Assembly (NCBI RefSeq): GCF_000017845.1
Contig: NC_010546.1
Span: 1,800,001-1,832,000 of the forward strand
Length of the DNA stretch: 32,000 nucleotides
Source: Crocosphaera subtropica ATCC 51142
Lineage (GTDB): Bacteria; Cyanobacteriota; Cyanobacteriia; Cyanobacteriales; Microcystaceae
Direction of reading: 5' to 3'
A model generated the notes under the pieces. The model was not told the DNA's origin. It saw only the letters and a list, made by a program, of their open reading frames with translations, and searched no databases. Made by a program: the position numbers and the translations under genes. Below are positions 1-9,108 of this stretch, piece after piece (position 1 is the stretch's first letter; the number at the start of each line of letters is the position of its first letter).

Positions 1-1282
1 GCTTCATAGATCCAGTATGTTTACGAGTCTTAGAAGTAGAGCTTATGAGATCCACGATTTCGAGGCGAATTCCTAGCCCCGGTTGCTGATAGATAGCAAC
101 ATTATACATAACCATAACACTTGATTTATCTCGTCCATTTTCAAAACGGCAATGATTGCAGACATGATAACGATTCGATAAATCAGCCCAATCTTTGTGA
201 AGAGTTCCACAATGAGGACAACGCTGTGAAGGTTTAATTTTTTTAGTCGGAAGAAATAAAGCTAACCCCCCCTTGGCTTCAACCTTATAGGTAATCATTT
301 TATTGAGAGTTCCAAAGCCCACATCTAAAATTGACTTATTAAGTCCTGCTTTCTGACGTTTTCTTTTACTACCCTGCTTAGCTTTACGAGTCATCTTTTT
401 AGTTTCTAACTTCTCCGTAACCACGATGTCATAACGACGAGAAATATCTGTAGTTACTTGATGCTGCCAATTTTTTCGTTGCATAGTAACTTTTCTTTGC
501 AGTCTAGAAACTTTTTTACGGGCTTTCTTCCACCGTTTTGAAGCTTTGATTTTTTTCTTATAGTTAGGACATCTTTTTCTCCTTAATTGTTTAGATGCAG
601 ACTTAATCTTAGCTTGAGAATGACGAGCAAATCGTTGATTTTCTATTTCTAGAAATTCTTGACCATCATAGGCAGTTAATGCCGTTTCAGCCCCTAAATC
701 AATGGCTAATATTGATTGATATTTGAGATTACTATCAGAAGCAAATAAAGTTTCTTGAATAACTACATTGACAGTAAAACTAGCGAACCATTGATTAAGA
801 TAAGGCTTATAAATAATAGTCAAAGTTGTGGGAGTTCCCCATTGCTTAGCTTGACCTCTCATTCTGATAGTTATACCTAAATCTCTCAACCGAACTTGGC
901 CATGTTTACCCTCAGTCAAAGCCTCCCATCCACTGTGTCCTGGATAAGTCCAACCTGAGTAATCTCGAATCGATTTAAACTTTGGCTTTTTAGACAAACC
1001 TTGAAAGAATCTGTTATAACTCAAATCTACCCTTTTAATAGTAGCTTGCAGAGTTTGAGAATTAAGTTCTTTATATTCTGGTCAACATTCTTTAAAAGCA
1101 GGTAAAGCGTTTTGCTGTTGGAAATAACTAACAGAATTAGAAAAGTATTGATACTCAGTTTTACGATGAGAAATAGCTGCATTATAGAGATAACAATGTA
1201 ACCTTCTTGCCTCAAACAGCTTTGACGTTTGGGCTTTATTTGGATATAGTCGAAATGTATATCGTCTATTAACAGTCTGCAT
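1..1282 (-). pseudogene. tnpB: IS200/IS605-family TnpB (OrfB, RuvC-type RNA-guided nuclease family) interrupted by a single in-frame TGA at 1082-1084. The C-terminus runs off the window.
   Basis: I translated the minus frame by hand. It is open from base 2 to 1282 except for one TGA. The N-terminus reads MQTVNRRYTFRLYPNKAQ...AFKEC*PEYKELNSQTLQ. The RuvC-like motifs AIDLGAE, VVTEKL and NGRDKSS and the zinc finger CPHC-x16-CNHC are all intact downstream of the stop. Confidence 0.85.
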
Positions 1283-1347
1283 TATAACTCTTTATAACTG
1301 CTCTCTCGCTTTATTAGCTAGTATAATTATATCACTATAAACCCAAA

Positions 1348-1779
1348 ATGCAACAAACTGAACTTAGAAAAATTTCTCATGCGGTTTTCTCTATACATTT
1401 GCATATAGTATTTGTGACAAAATATAGACGAAAAGTATTAACCCAAGAAATGTTAGATGACCTCAAAAAAATATTTAGTCGAGTTTTAGAAAAAAATATT
1501 AGTTATCTACTTGAATGTAATTTAGAACCTGATCATGTTCATCTATTAGTTGACTTACATCCTGATAATAATATCTCTAATTTGGTAGCTGTTCTTAAGT
1601 CAGCTAGTAGTCGTATTCTAAGAAATAAATATTCTGAAGTTTTTGCTCAATTTTACTGGGGAAAGCGAGCTAAATTATGGCATGATTCTAAATGTATAAT
1701 TTCCTGTGGTGGCGCACCATTAGAAGTGGTCAAAGAGTATATCAACAATCAATCAGGAGGATTAGAAAATCAGAAATGA
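1348..1779 (+). CDS. tnpA: IS200/IS605-family Y1 (HUH) transposase TnpA
   Basis: 143 aa. It has the HUH motif (PDHVHLLV) and a C-terminal catalytic-Tyr context (VVKEYINNQ). Size and N-terminus (HLHIVFVTKYRRKVL) are typical. A TATAAT hexamer lies at 1322-1327 upstream. Confidence 0.9.
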   Translation: MQQTELRKISHAVFSIHLHIVFVTKYRRKVLTQEMLDDLKKIFSRVLEKNISYLLECNLEPDHVHLLVDLHPDNNISNLVAVLKSASSRILRNKYSEVFAQFYWGKRAKLWHDSKCIISCGGAPLEVVKEYINNQSGGLENQK

Positions 1780-1816
1780 GGACGCTACGCAGTTCAATTT
1801 TTGGTCGGTTATTCAT

Positions 1817-1839
1817 CCCTAAGTTATAGAACTTTAGGG
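1817..1839. repeat. Imperfect subterminal hairpin, a candidate IS200/IS605 end structure recognised by TnpA
   Basis: The sequence CCCTAAGTTatagAACTTTAGGG lies about 40 nt after the tnpA stop. IS200/IS605 ends carry such hairpins rather than terminal inverted repeats. Confidence 0.4.
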
Positions 1840-1867
1840 AATTCTACCCGACATTTAAGTCTAACTA

Positions 1868-1885
1868 TAAGTAAACAAATGTAAA
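1868..1885 (-). promoter_or_regulatory. HLR1-like direct repeat, a possible RpaB-type response-regulator site, about 180 bp upstream of isiA
   Basis: The minus strand reads TTTACATT-TG-TTTACTTA, against the HLR1 consensus (G/T)TTACA(T/A)(T/A)-N2-(G/T)TTACA(T/A)(T/A). There is one core mismatch. A TTGACA hexamer follows at 1893-1898. The site may lie inside or at the edge of the IS end. Confidence 0.25.
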
Positions 1886-2008
1886 GCTACTCTTGACAAA
1901 AAGCAATTAATTTGGATTCAGAAAAAGTTGCAGATGAAATCAGCGATCGCCGCAGTTAAACAATTCTTAATGGTGTGTTATTGCAAATCTTTTTAAATTG
2001 GTAGTAAG

Positions 2009-2033
2009 CTTATTGATAGTATTTAGCAATAAG
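2009..2033. promoter_or_regulatory. AT-rich palindrome just upstream of isiA, a candidate Fur-type operator
   Basis: CTTATTG-N11-CAATAAG is a 7-bp perfect inverted repeat. It overlaps a TAGTAT -10-like hexamer (2017-2022), 30-55 bp upstream of the isiA start. It is not a close match to the 19-bp Fur box, so this is position-based inference only. Confidence 0.2.
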
Positions 2034-2063
2034 TTTGAATTGTGTTACTCAATGAAAACCATC

Positions 2064-3095
2064 ATGCAAACTTACGACAATCCGACAGTGAAGTATGACT
2101 GGTGGGCAGGAAACGCCAGATTTGCCGACAAATCAGGGTTATTTATCGTTGCTCACGCTGCTCAAGCTGCTTTAATCATGTTTTGGGCAGGTGCTTTCAC
2201 TTTGTTTGAACTTTCATCCTACTCTCCTGATTTACCCATGGGAGAACAAGGATTAATTTTATTACCCCACTTAGCAACTTTAGGCTTTGGTGTAGGGCAA
2301 GGGGGAGAAGTTATTGACACTTATTCCTTTTTTGTCATTGGAGTGCTACACTTGATCTCATCTGCGGTATTAGGTGCCGGTGCCTTGTTTCATCTTTTGC
2401 AAGCCCCAAATGACCTAAAAACCACAGAAGGAAGCGCACGTCGCTTTCATTTTGACTGGGATGACCCGAAAAAATTGGGCATCATTTTAGGTCATCACCT
2501 CTTATTTTTGGGCATCGGTGCATTGTTATTAGTTGGAAAAGCCATGTATTGGGGTGGGTTATACGACTCCACCACCGAGGCGGTTCGCTTAGTGACCCAA
2601 CCGACTTTAGACCCCTTAGTTATCTATGGTTATCAGACCCATTTTGCCAGCGTTAATAGTCTAGAGGATTTAGTGGGAGGCCATATTTATGTAGGCTTTC
2701 TTCTTCTTGCCGGCGGTATTTGGCATATTATTGTCCCTCCAATGAAATGGGTAAGACAACGCCTTATTTTCTCAGGAGAAGCCATTCTTTCCTATTCATT
2801 AGGAGGTATTGCTTTAGCCGGGTTTGTAGCAGCTTATTTCTGTGCTGTTAATACCTTAGCCTATCCGCCCGAATTTTACGGTCCTCCCTTAGAAGTAAAG
2901 TTAGGGATTACCCCTTATTTTGCTGATACGGCGGTTTTAGACTTGGGTAAGCACACCTCCCGTTGTTGGTTAGCCAATGCTCACTTTTTCTTAGCTTTTT
3001 TCTTCTTACAAGGTCATCTTTGGCACGCTTTACGGGCCATGGGCTTTGACTTTAAACGAGTTGAAAACACTCTCAATAATCTTGAACAAGTGTAA
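2064..3095 (+). CDS. isiA: IsiA/Pcb-family (CP43-prime) chlorophyll a-binding antenna protein, associated with iron stress
   Basis: The N-terminus [20 protein letters not shown]...[20 protein letters not shown] and the C-terminus [19 protein letters not shown] are CP43-like. At about 343 aa it lacks the large lumenal loop E of PsbC. The start was chosen at ATG 2064. The ORF-track start at 1998 is a TTG, and ATG 2052 is also possible. Confidence 0.9.
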   Translation: MQTYDNPTVKYDWWAGNARFADKSGLFIVAHAAQAALIMFWAGAFTLFELSSYSPDLPMGEQGLILLPHLATLGFGVGQGGEVIDTYSFFVIGVLHLISSAVLGAGALFHLLQAPNDLKTTEGSARRFHFDWDDPKKLGIILGHHLLFLGIGALLLVGKAMYWGGLYDSTTEAVRLVTQPTLDPLVIYGYQTHFASVNSLEDLVGGHIYVGFLLLAGGIWHIIVPPMKWVRQRLIFSGEAILSYSLGGIALAGFVAAYFCAVNTLAYPPEFYGPPLEVKLGITPYFADTAVLDLGKHTSRCWLANAHFFLAFFFLQGHLWHALRAMGFDFKRVENTLNNLEQV

Positions 3096-3113
3096 ATAAC
3101 ACGCAATAAAAAG

Positions 3114-3169
3114 GAGTTAAGGGGTGTCTACGGCGTTGTCAGAGGCACTGATAGACATCCGCTTAACTC
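3114..3169 (+). terminator. Long imperfect stem-loop between isiA and the downstream hydrolase gene, a possible attenuator or processing/stability element
   Basis: GAGTTAAGGGGTGTCTA pairs with TAGACATCCGCTTAACTC in three helical segments around a 21-nt loop. No clean T-run follows, so it is not a canonical intrinsic terminator. Confidence 0.35.
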
Positions 3170-3226
3170 TCCTATTTCCACTGTATCTTAATTGTGCCTT
3201 AAATCTTTTCTAATTTGGAGTTTCTC

Positions 3227-4006
3227 ATGTCTTCTATTCCCACTGCTTTATGGTTAAGTGTCAGTCCTGCATTACAACAGTTTAACCGTCCTTTAATTAG
3301 TCAGCTATCTCAACGTCATGCGATCGCTTTATGGGAATATAACCAAACTCCCGATGAACCTGTTACTCTTGATGTTCCTTTTGTCTTGTTACATGACTAT
3401 CTCAAGCAAGTTGATCAACCAGTGCATCTTCTTGGTCATGGGATCAGTGGTTGGTTAGGGATGATCTACGCACAACATTATCCCGAACGAGTCAAGTCCT
3501 TGACCTTGTTATCAGTGGGAGCTAACTTATCGGTAGATTGGCAGAGTCATTATTATGCCATGTTAAAGACCTTACCCTGCGCACCGCGAAGCGGATCTCT
3601 TCGAGATCGCTACACTATCCTAACCCAAATGGTTAACAGTTTATTTGGTCATCAATGTCCCGTTAAAACTGAGTTATTAACCTATATCTTAGAACAAGAT
3701 TTGTTATCGTCTCCTTCCCCGAATACTTTAGTGGAACAAGTGAGTGTGACACCTCAACTGACATCGGTTCCTTTGTTTATTGCGGGTAGTCGAGATGATA
3801 TGGTCATTTCACATTATCAATTCAATGCGTGGAAACCTTGGCTAAAATCAGGGGATCTGTTGTGGGAATGTTCTCAAGGAAGACATTTTTTCCATTATAT
3901 GGATTCTGAATTAGTGAGTGATAAAATTACTCATTTTTGGCAAACTTCAGAAAGGGTAATCAATGATAGTAAACCGGTAATGCGCAATAGTAAGATAAAT
4001 AGATAA
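3227..4006 (+). CDS. Alpha/beta-hydrolase-fold protein, IsiC-like by position downstream of isiA
   Basis: The block VHLLGHGISGWLGMIYAQHYPERVKSLTLLSVG is the nucleophile-elbow region of the alpha/beta hydrolase fold. The start was set at ATG 3227, because the ORF-track start at 3215 is a TTG. From memory, isiC genes downstream of isiA/isiB encode such proteins. Confidence 0.7.
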   Translation: MSSIPTALWLSVSPALQQFNRPLISQLSQRHAIALWEYNQTPDEPVTLDVPFVLLHDYLKQVDQPVHLLGHGISGWLGMIYAQHYPERVKSLTLLSVGANLSVDWQSHYYAMLKTLPCAPRSGSLRDRYTILTQMVNSLFGHQCPVKTELLTYILEQDLLSSPSPNTLVEQVSVTPQLTSVPLFIAGSRDDMVISHYQFNAWKPWLKSGDLLWECSQGRHFFHYMDSELVSDKITHFWQTSERVINDSKPVMRNSKINR

Positions 4007-4063
4007 TGTCTTGAAAGGTTAATTTTTCTTGTCTTTCTTGTTGGTAGTTTCTAGAGAATTTTT

Positions 4064-4360
4064 ATGGTTTTGCAGCAAATTATTATGACCCAACTGGGTT
4101 GGTTATTTCCTTTGGTTATTTGGCTAATTTTATTGTGTTTTTTTTGTGCAATTTTTTTTGCCATTCAAGATGGGTTTTCGTATTTGAAAAGACTGCATCA
4201 AGTTCCTTGCGCTCGTTGTGCGTTTTATACAGGAGAAACTTGTTTAAAATGTACCATACATCCTTATAAGGCTTTCACAGAAGAAGCGATTAATTGCGAA
4301 GATTGGGAAGGTAACTATTCTTATTTACCGTTATTTATTTCTGATCAAGAAATTAGCTAA
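4064..4360 (+). CDS. Small membrane protein with a C-terminal Cys4 (CxxC-x8-CxxC) motif, function unknown
   Basis: 98-aa ORF. It has an N-terminal hydrophobic helix (LGWLFPLVIWLILLCFFCAIFFAI) followed by CARCAFYTGETCLKC. It is co-directional with isiA and the hydrolase. Confidence 0.5.
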   Translation: MVLQQIIMTQLGWLFPLVIWLILLCFFCAIFFAIQDGFSYLKRLHQVPCARCAFYTGETCLKCTIHPYKAFTEEAINCEDWEGNYSYLPLFISDQEIS

Positions 4361-4700
4361 TGCTCCTGTAAGGTGGGTTACTCTATTTATCTAAATTGTA
4401 GCCCATCCAATTTATATTTGTCTGATGCGATCACTTTTTATTTAAAGTCTTAATGAGGAAGATTAGGAAAGTTAGGAAAACATAATTTAACGACACCAGT
4501 AGTTAACGCAATAATAACTCGAAAGGAAAATTATTAGATGAATATCATCTGACAATATCCACGATAATATTAATATTTAAAAAAATTCTAACGCCTGACT
4601 CCTAACTCCTCACTCACCTTTCTGACCTGATTCAAATTAGAATCAGAAATAATCAAATATTGTCCACAAACATCCGACTGCTAGAAGCTAGAAGCCTATG

Positions 4701-6836
4701 TTACTGTTTATTCTCCCGTCGATACCAAGCACGAACTAACTTAATTTCATCATAACTATAATCATCGCCTAAATGATTTTTTAAGGGAGTTAAAGAACTA
4801 TCTCCAATGGTTTGAATACATTTAATAATCATGGCTTTTTTCTCTTCTGAAATAAAGCGATCAATATCGATGGGTTGATTCATGGCGAGTAATTCTGAAA
4901 TATGACTATAAATGGTGGATTCTTTTAAGTTTCTTCTCTCTGAAATTTCTCGAATCGTTAACCCTTGTTGATACAATTGCAAGGTGATCATATTACTAGA
5001 TGTAGGCAAAGGAGTCGGTAAACTTTGCTGTTGACAAAACTCCCTAATTTCTGAGACAAAACTATCGCCATATTGTTCTGCTTTATATGCTGTTACCCCA
5101 GAAATCTTTTTAAATGCTTCGATAGTTTGAGGCTTAATTTGTGCCATTAATCGTAAACTAGAATCAGCAAAAACAACATAGGGAGCAACTTTATTTTGAT
5201 CTGCTAAATGTTTCCGTAACTTTCGTAATTGATGTAATAATAAGTCGCTTTCTGCTTTTCTAGGATTATAATCATTTGATGCTTTTACCTTTAAAGATTT
5301 TGTAATCGCAATTTCAACTTTTCGCTCGTTTCTGAAGATTTCCCAACTATACTTATTCAATTTTAGAACAGAAAATCCATCTGTTGTTTCGTTAACAAAA
5401 CCTTGATGGATTAAAGAACGTCCTAACATTTTCCATTCTGCAACACTTTTATCTTTTCCGATACCATAAGTTGAGAGTAAATGGTGTCCGTACTTTTCAA
5501 TTTTTTTCTTTTTAGATCCTCTTAGAACATCAATAATATGACTCATGCCAAATCTTTCTTGACAACGAGCAACACAAGACAAAAATTTTTGTGCTTCAAT
5601 GGTCCAATCTTCAATCGGTTTCGGATAGTTACAATTATCACAATTATCACATTTTCCTTTATATTGCTGTCCAAAATATCTTAAAATAATGCTTCTTCTA
5701 CATTCCGTCCCTTCTGCATAATCCACTACTTGTCTGACCTGTTGACGACCAACTCTCTGCTCTTTTTCATCAATTTTTTGATCAATTAAATATTCAAGGC
5801 GTTTTAAATCTCCAAAACTGAAAAACAAGGCACAGTTAGCTGGTTCTCCATCCCTTCCAGCCCGACCAGATTCTTGATAGTAACTCTCTAAATTTCTCGG
5901 TAAATCGTAATGAACTACAAAACGAACATCTGGCTTATTAATACCCATTCCAAAGGCAATGGTTGCCACAATAATTCTCACATCATCTCGAATAAAACGA
6001 GTTTGATTTACTGCTCTTTCATCATCATACATTCCTGCATGATAGGGTAAAGCTTCAATTCCATCTTGTTGTAGTCGAAAAGCAATGGTTTCTACATTTT
6101 TACGACTTAGACAATAGATAATGCCTGATCCTTCTTGACTGCGAACATAATTAAGTAACTGCGTATAACTTCTTCTCGATTTTTCTTGTACTTCATAATA
6201 TAAATTAGGACGATCAAAACTCGCTACATGAACCGTCGGATTTTGTAACCCCAATTGTTCAATAATATCCGCTCTCACCCGTTTTGTTGCTGTTGCGGTT
6301 AAAGCAAACATAGGAACCTGTGGATAGCGGAAGCGTAACTGTTTCAACTGTCGATATTCTGGACGAAAATCATGACCCCAAGCTGACACACAATGAGCTT
6401 CATCAATGGCAAACCCAGATAAGCCTACTTTTTGCCTTAAAAAATCTAAAAAATTCAAAAAATTATCGTTTAATAATCGTTCGGGTGCGACATATAATAA
6501 CTTTATTTTACCCTTCAAAATAGCATTTTCTCTTGACTGTAATTCCTCTCGATTTAACGTACTATTTAAAAAAGTTGCTCCGATCCCATTATCCAATAAA
6601 GTATCAACTTGATCCTGCATTAAAGCAATTAAGGGAGAAACCACTATACAGACACCGGATTTTAATAAAGCCGGTAATTGAAAACATAAAGATTTTCCCC
6701 CACCGGTAGGCATAATAACCAATAAATCCTTATTATTTAAAGCTTCATTAATAATCTGTTTTTGACCTGAACGAAATTGATCGTAACCAAAGAAATATTT
6801 CAGGGCATTTTCTAGGGAATTAAACTGGGATACCAT
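4701..6836 (-). CDS. recQ: ATP-dependent DNA helicase RecQ with a C-terminal HRDC domain and an additional HTH-like extension
   Basis: Motifs seen: FGYDQFRSGQ, MPTGGGKSLCFQLPAL, DEAHCVSAWGHDFRPEY, the zinc-binding CRRSIILRYFG...CDNCDNC, and an HRDC-like segment LRKLRKHLADQNKVAPYVVFADSSL. 711 aa. Confidence 0.95.
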   Translation of the reverse strand: MVSQFNSLENALKYFFGYDQFRSGQKQIINEALNNKDLLVIMPTGGGKSLCFQLPALLKSGVCIVVSPLIALMQDQVDTLLDNGIGATFLNSTLNREELQSRENAILKGKIKLLYVAPERLLNDNFLNFLDFLRQKVGLSGFAIDEAHCVSAWGHDFRPEYRQLKQLRFRYPQVPMFALTATATKRVRADIIEQLGLQNPTVHVASFDRPNLYYEVQEKSRRSYTQLLNYVRSQEGSGIIYCLSRKNVETIAFRLQQDGIEALPYHAGMYDDERAVNQTRFIRDDVRIIVATIAFGMGINKPDVRFVVHYDLPRNLESYYQESGRAGRDGEPANCALFFSFGDLKRLEYLIDQKIDEKEQRVGRQQVRQVVDYAEGTECRRSIILRYFGQQYKGKCDNCDNCNYPKPIEDWTIEAQKFLSCVARCQERFGMSHIIDVLRGSKKKKIEKYGHHLLSTYGIGKDKSVAEWKMLGRSLIHQGFVNETTDGFSVLKLNKYSWEIFRNERKVEIAITKSLKVKASNDYNPRKAESDLLLHQLRKLRKHLADQNKVAPYVVFADSSLRLMAQIKPQTIEAFKKISGVTAYKAEQYGDSFVSEIREFCQQQSLPTPLPTSSNMITLQLYQQGLTIREISERRNLKESTIYSHISELLAMNQPIDIDRFISEEKKAMIIKCIQTIGDSSLTPLKNHLGDDYSYDEIKLVRAWYRRENKQ

Positions 6837-7131
6837 AGTACAAGAAGCAATTTTTTAAGATTTCATGACCGTAGGAAAGATAAGCTTAGCTTAAAGTTTA
6901 TCAAAATTTCCTCATAAAAGTCTAAAAAGCTTAATAATAGAATCTTCAATCCTAGAAAAACCGTTGCTTTTTAGTTTAAGAAAATCAGAAAATTAAAAGC
7001 ATAGAAAAAAATTATCAGTATATTCACTAATGAATAGAATCCAAAAAAGTGATTCGCAATACAGACAAAAGATAGATCAATTGAAGTCAAAATGTTATCA
7101 TAAACAGGCACGGCAAATAGAACATAGGTGA

Positions 7132-8736
7132 ATGAACATGGCACAAGCACCTGTATCTCCAGTGGTGCTGGTAATTTTAGACGGCTGGGGTTATCGTCAA
7201 ACCGAAGACAATAACGCTATTGCAATGGCGAAAACTCCAGTAATGGATTGCCTGTGGACCACCTATCCCAGAACCTTAATTCGGACATCAGGTAAAGATG
7301 TAGGTCTTCCCCAAGGACAAATGGGAAATTCAGAAGTGGGACATCTTAATTTAGGTGCAGGCCGTATTGTCCCTCAAGAGTTGGTAAGGATTTCTGATGC
7401 GGTAGAAGACGGCACAATTTATGAAAATGAAGCCTTAGTGAACCTCTGTGAAGACGTTCGTTCTCGCAAAAGAAAACTACACCTCATCGGGTTATGTTCA
7501 GAAGGAGGAGTCCATTCCCATCTTAATCACCTGTTGGGACTGCTGAATTTAGCCCAAAAGCAAGGATTAGCCGATGTCTGCGTTCACGCCATCACCGACG
7601 GAAGAGACACCAACACCACCGACGGCGTAAAAGCGATCGCCAAAATTAGCGACCACATCCAAGAACTAGGAATAGGGCGCATTGCAACCATTAGTGGAAG
7701 ATACTTTGCAATGGATCGTGATCGCCGTTGGGATCGAGTCAAACTCGCCTACGATCTGATCACCCAAGACGGGGTTGGGGATGGTCGTTCTGCCGTCGAA
7801 GTGCTAGAAGATTTTTATCGTCACGACAAGACCGACGAATTTATTCCCCCCACTCGTGTTGCCCCTGGTGCCATCGAACCAGGAGACGGGGTTATCTTCT
7901 TCAATTTTAGGCCAGATCGAGCTAGACAACTCTCTGCTGCCCTGACCATGCCGAATTTTGACGGATTTGAGCGAGAATTAATCACTCCCTTAAGTTTCGT
8001 TACCTTCACCCAATACGACCCCCGACTGCCGGTAGCAGTAGCCTTTGAACCCCAAAACCTCAACAATATTTTGGGAGAAGTCATTGCCGAACAGGGATTA
8101 AAACAATTTCGAGTGGCAGAAACGGAAAAATACCCCCATGTCACCTACTTTTTTAACGGGGGTTTAGAACAACCCCTAGAAGGGGAAGAACGGGAACTCA
8201 TTCAAAGTCCCATGGTATCGACTTATGATCAGTCTCCAGCTATGTCTGCCGAAGCCGTCACCCAAGCAGCCTGTAAAGCCGTAGAAAAAGGGGTTTATTC
8301 CTTGATTGTCATCAACTATGCGAACCCCGATATGGTAGGTCATACCGGCAACACAGAAGCAGCCATCGAAGCGATCGAAACCGTTGATAACTGCTTAGGA
8401 CAATTACTATCGAGTGTCAGTAAACTAGGGGGAACCGTCCTCATTACTGCCGATCATGGCAATGCCGAAACCATGAGAGACGAAAACGGCAACCCTTGGA
8501 CTGCACACACCACCAACCCAGTTCCTTTAATCTTCGTCGAAGGAGAACAACGGAAAATTCCTGGCCACGGTGGGTTAGTAGAACTCAGAGACGACGGCAA
8601 ACTGGCCGATATTGCCCCCACTATCCTCCAAATTTTACAATTACCCCAACCCGCCGAAATGACAGGGCGATCGCTTATTAAACCGACTGAGGTAGAAGTA
8701 AGGCAAAATCGTACCCCTGTTCGTATCGCCCGTTAA
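7132..8736 (+). CDS. gpmI: 2,3-bisphosphoglycerate-independent phosphoglycerate mutase
   Basis: Motifs seen: VVLVILDGWG, MGNSEVGHLNLGAGR, GGVHSH, ITDGRDT and ITADHGNAE. 534 aa. The Shine-Dalgarno-like AGGTG lies at 7126-7130. Confidence 0.95.
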   Translation: MNMAQAPVSPVVLVILDGWGYRQTEDNNAIAMAKTPVMDCLWTTYPRTLIRTSGKDVGLPQGQMGNSEVGHLNLGAGRIVPQELVRISDAVEDGTIYENEALVNLCEDVRSRKRKLHLIGLCSEGGVHSHLNHLLGLLNLAQKQGLADVCVHAITDGRDTNTTDGVKAIAKISDHIQELGIGRIATISGRYFAMDRDRRWDRVKLAYDLITQDGVGDGRSAVEVLEDFYRHDKTDEFIPPTRVAPGAIEPGDGVIFFNFRPDRARQLSAALTMPNFDGFERELITPLSFVTFTQYDPRLPVAVAFEPQNLNNILGEVIAEQGLKQFRVAETEKYPHVTYFFNGGLEQPLEGEERELIQSPMVSTYDQSPAMSAEAVTQAACKAVEKGVYSLIVINYANPDMVGHTGNTEAAIEAIETVDNCLGQLLSSVSKLGGTVLITADHGNAETMRDENGNPWTAHTTNPVPLIFVEGEQRKIPGHGGLVELRDDGKLADIAPTILQILQLPQPAEMTGRSLIKPTEVEVRQNRTPVRIAR

Positions 8737-8774
8737 GGTAAGATGAGAAAACATAAACGATTCTTAATAAAGCG

Positions 8775-9014
8775 ATGACATTACCACAACTCATTCAAAT
8801 TATTTGGACAATTTCAGGGGTTTTATTGGTGGTTCTCATCCTCTTACACAGTCCCAAGGGGGACGGTTTAGGGGGAATTGGAGGGCAAGCCCAGTTATTT
8901 ACTTCTGCTAAAAGTGCTGAGAAAACCTTAAATCAAATTACATGGACACTTAGTACCGTTTTTATTGCCTTAACCATTGTCTTAAGTGCTGGTTGGTTAA
9001 CTCCTCAAGGCTAA
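8775..9014 (+). CDS. secG: Preprotein translocase subunit SecG
   Basis: 79 aa with two hydrophobic helices flanking the characteristic LLHSPKGDGLGGIGGQAQLF motif. Confidence 0.85.
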   Translation: MTLPQLIQIIWTISGVLLVVLILLHSPKGDGLGGIGGQAQLFTSAKSAEKTLNQITWTLSTVFIALTIVLSAGWLTPQG

Positions 9015-9022
9015 CAATAGTA

Positions 9023-9069
9023 AGCGTTCAGTGGTCAGCATTTTTTACTGAGGGCTGATGCTGAACGCT
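9023..9069. terminator. Long hairpin between the convergent secG and TM2 genes, a possible bidirectional terminator or repeat-derived palindrome
   Basis: AGCGTTCAG (9023-9031) pairs perfectly with CTGAACGCT (9061-9069). An inner helix pairs TCAGC with GCTGA. The loop is T-rich. The GTTCAG...GTCAGC motif recurs at 12176-12196. Confidence 0.4.
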
Positions 9070-9108
9070 GACAAACTAGCTAATTTTATCGAAAGGATAA
9101 GCTACGAG

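Larger units (their letters stand above)
1..1860 (-). mobile_element. Partial IS200/IS605-family insertion sequence with the IS605-like layout (tnpB and tnpA divergent). The tnpB-side end lies beyond the left window edge. The tnpA-side end is only approximate (about 1840-1870).
   Basis: tnpB (1..1282, minus) and tnpA (1348..1779, plus) are divergent and separated by a 65-bp AT-rich spacer. An imperfect subterminal hairpin lies at 1817-1839, downstream of tnpA. The tnpB frame is still open at base 2, so the element continues leftwards. Confidence 0.8.

Noticed and set aside
1027-1215. 62-aa minus-strand ORF in the track
   Set aside because: It is an alternative frame inside tnpB, with low-complexity Leu/Ile/Lys-rich sequence. 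The TnpB frame explains this DNA.
2064-3095. An IsrR-like antisense RNA inside isiA
   Set aside because: This is known from Synechocystis, but I could not identify a convincing minus-strand promoter or terminator within the gene from sequence alone.
4454-4612. Inverted repeat TGAGGAAGATTAGGA ... TCCTAACTCCTCA in the spacer downstream of recQ, as another MITE
   Set aside because: The arms match only imperfectly over 9-13 nt. There is no second copy in the window and no target duplication, so the evidence is too weak to call.
6320-6612. Two plus-strand ORFs (67 and 68 aa)
   Set aside because: They are antisense to the well-supported recQ coding region. They have no motifs and no ribosome-binding sites.
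6837-6850. LexA/SOS box upstream of recQ (AGTACAAGAAGCAA)
   Set aside because: Only the first half-site (AGTAC) fits the cyanobacterial RGTAC-N3-DGTWCB consensus. The second half does not.
7728-8681. ORFs 7728-7910 (+), 7821-8144 (-) and 8496-8681 (+)
   Set aside because: They are embedded in gpmI in other frames. Their Arg/Ser-rich composition is typical of off-frame translation.
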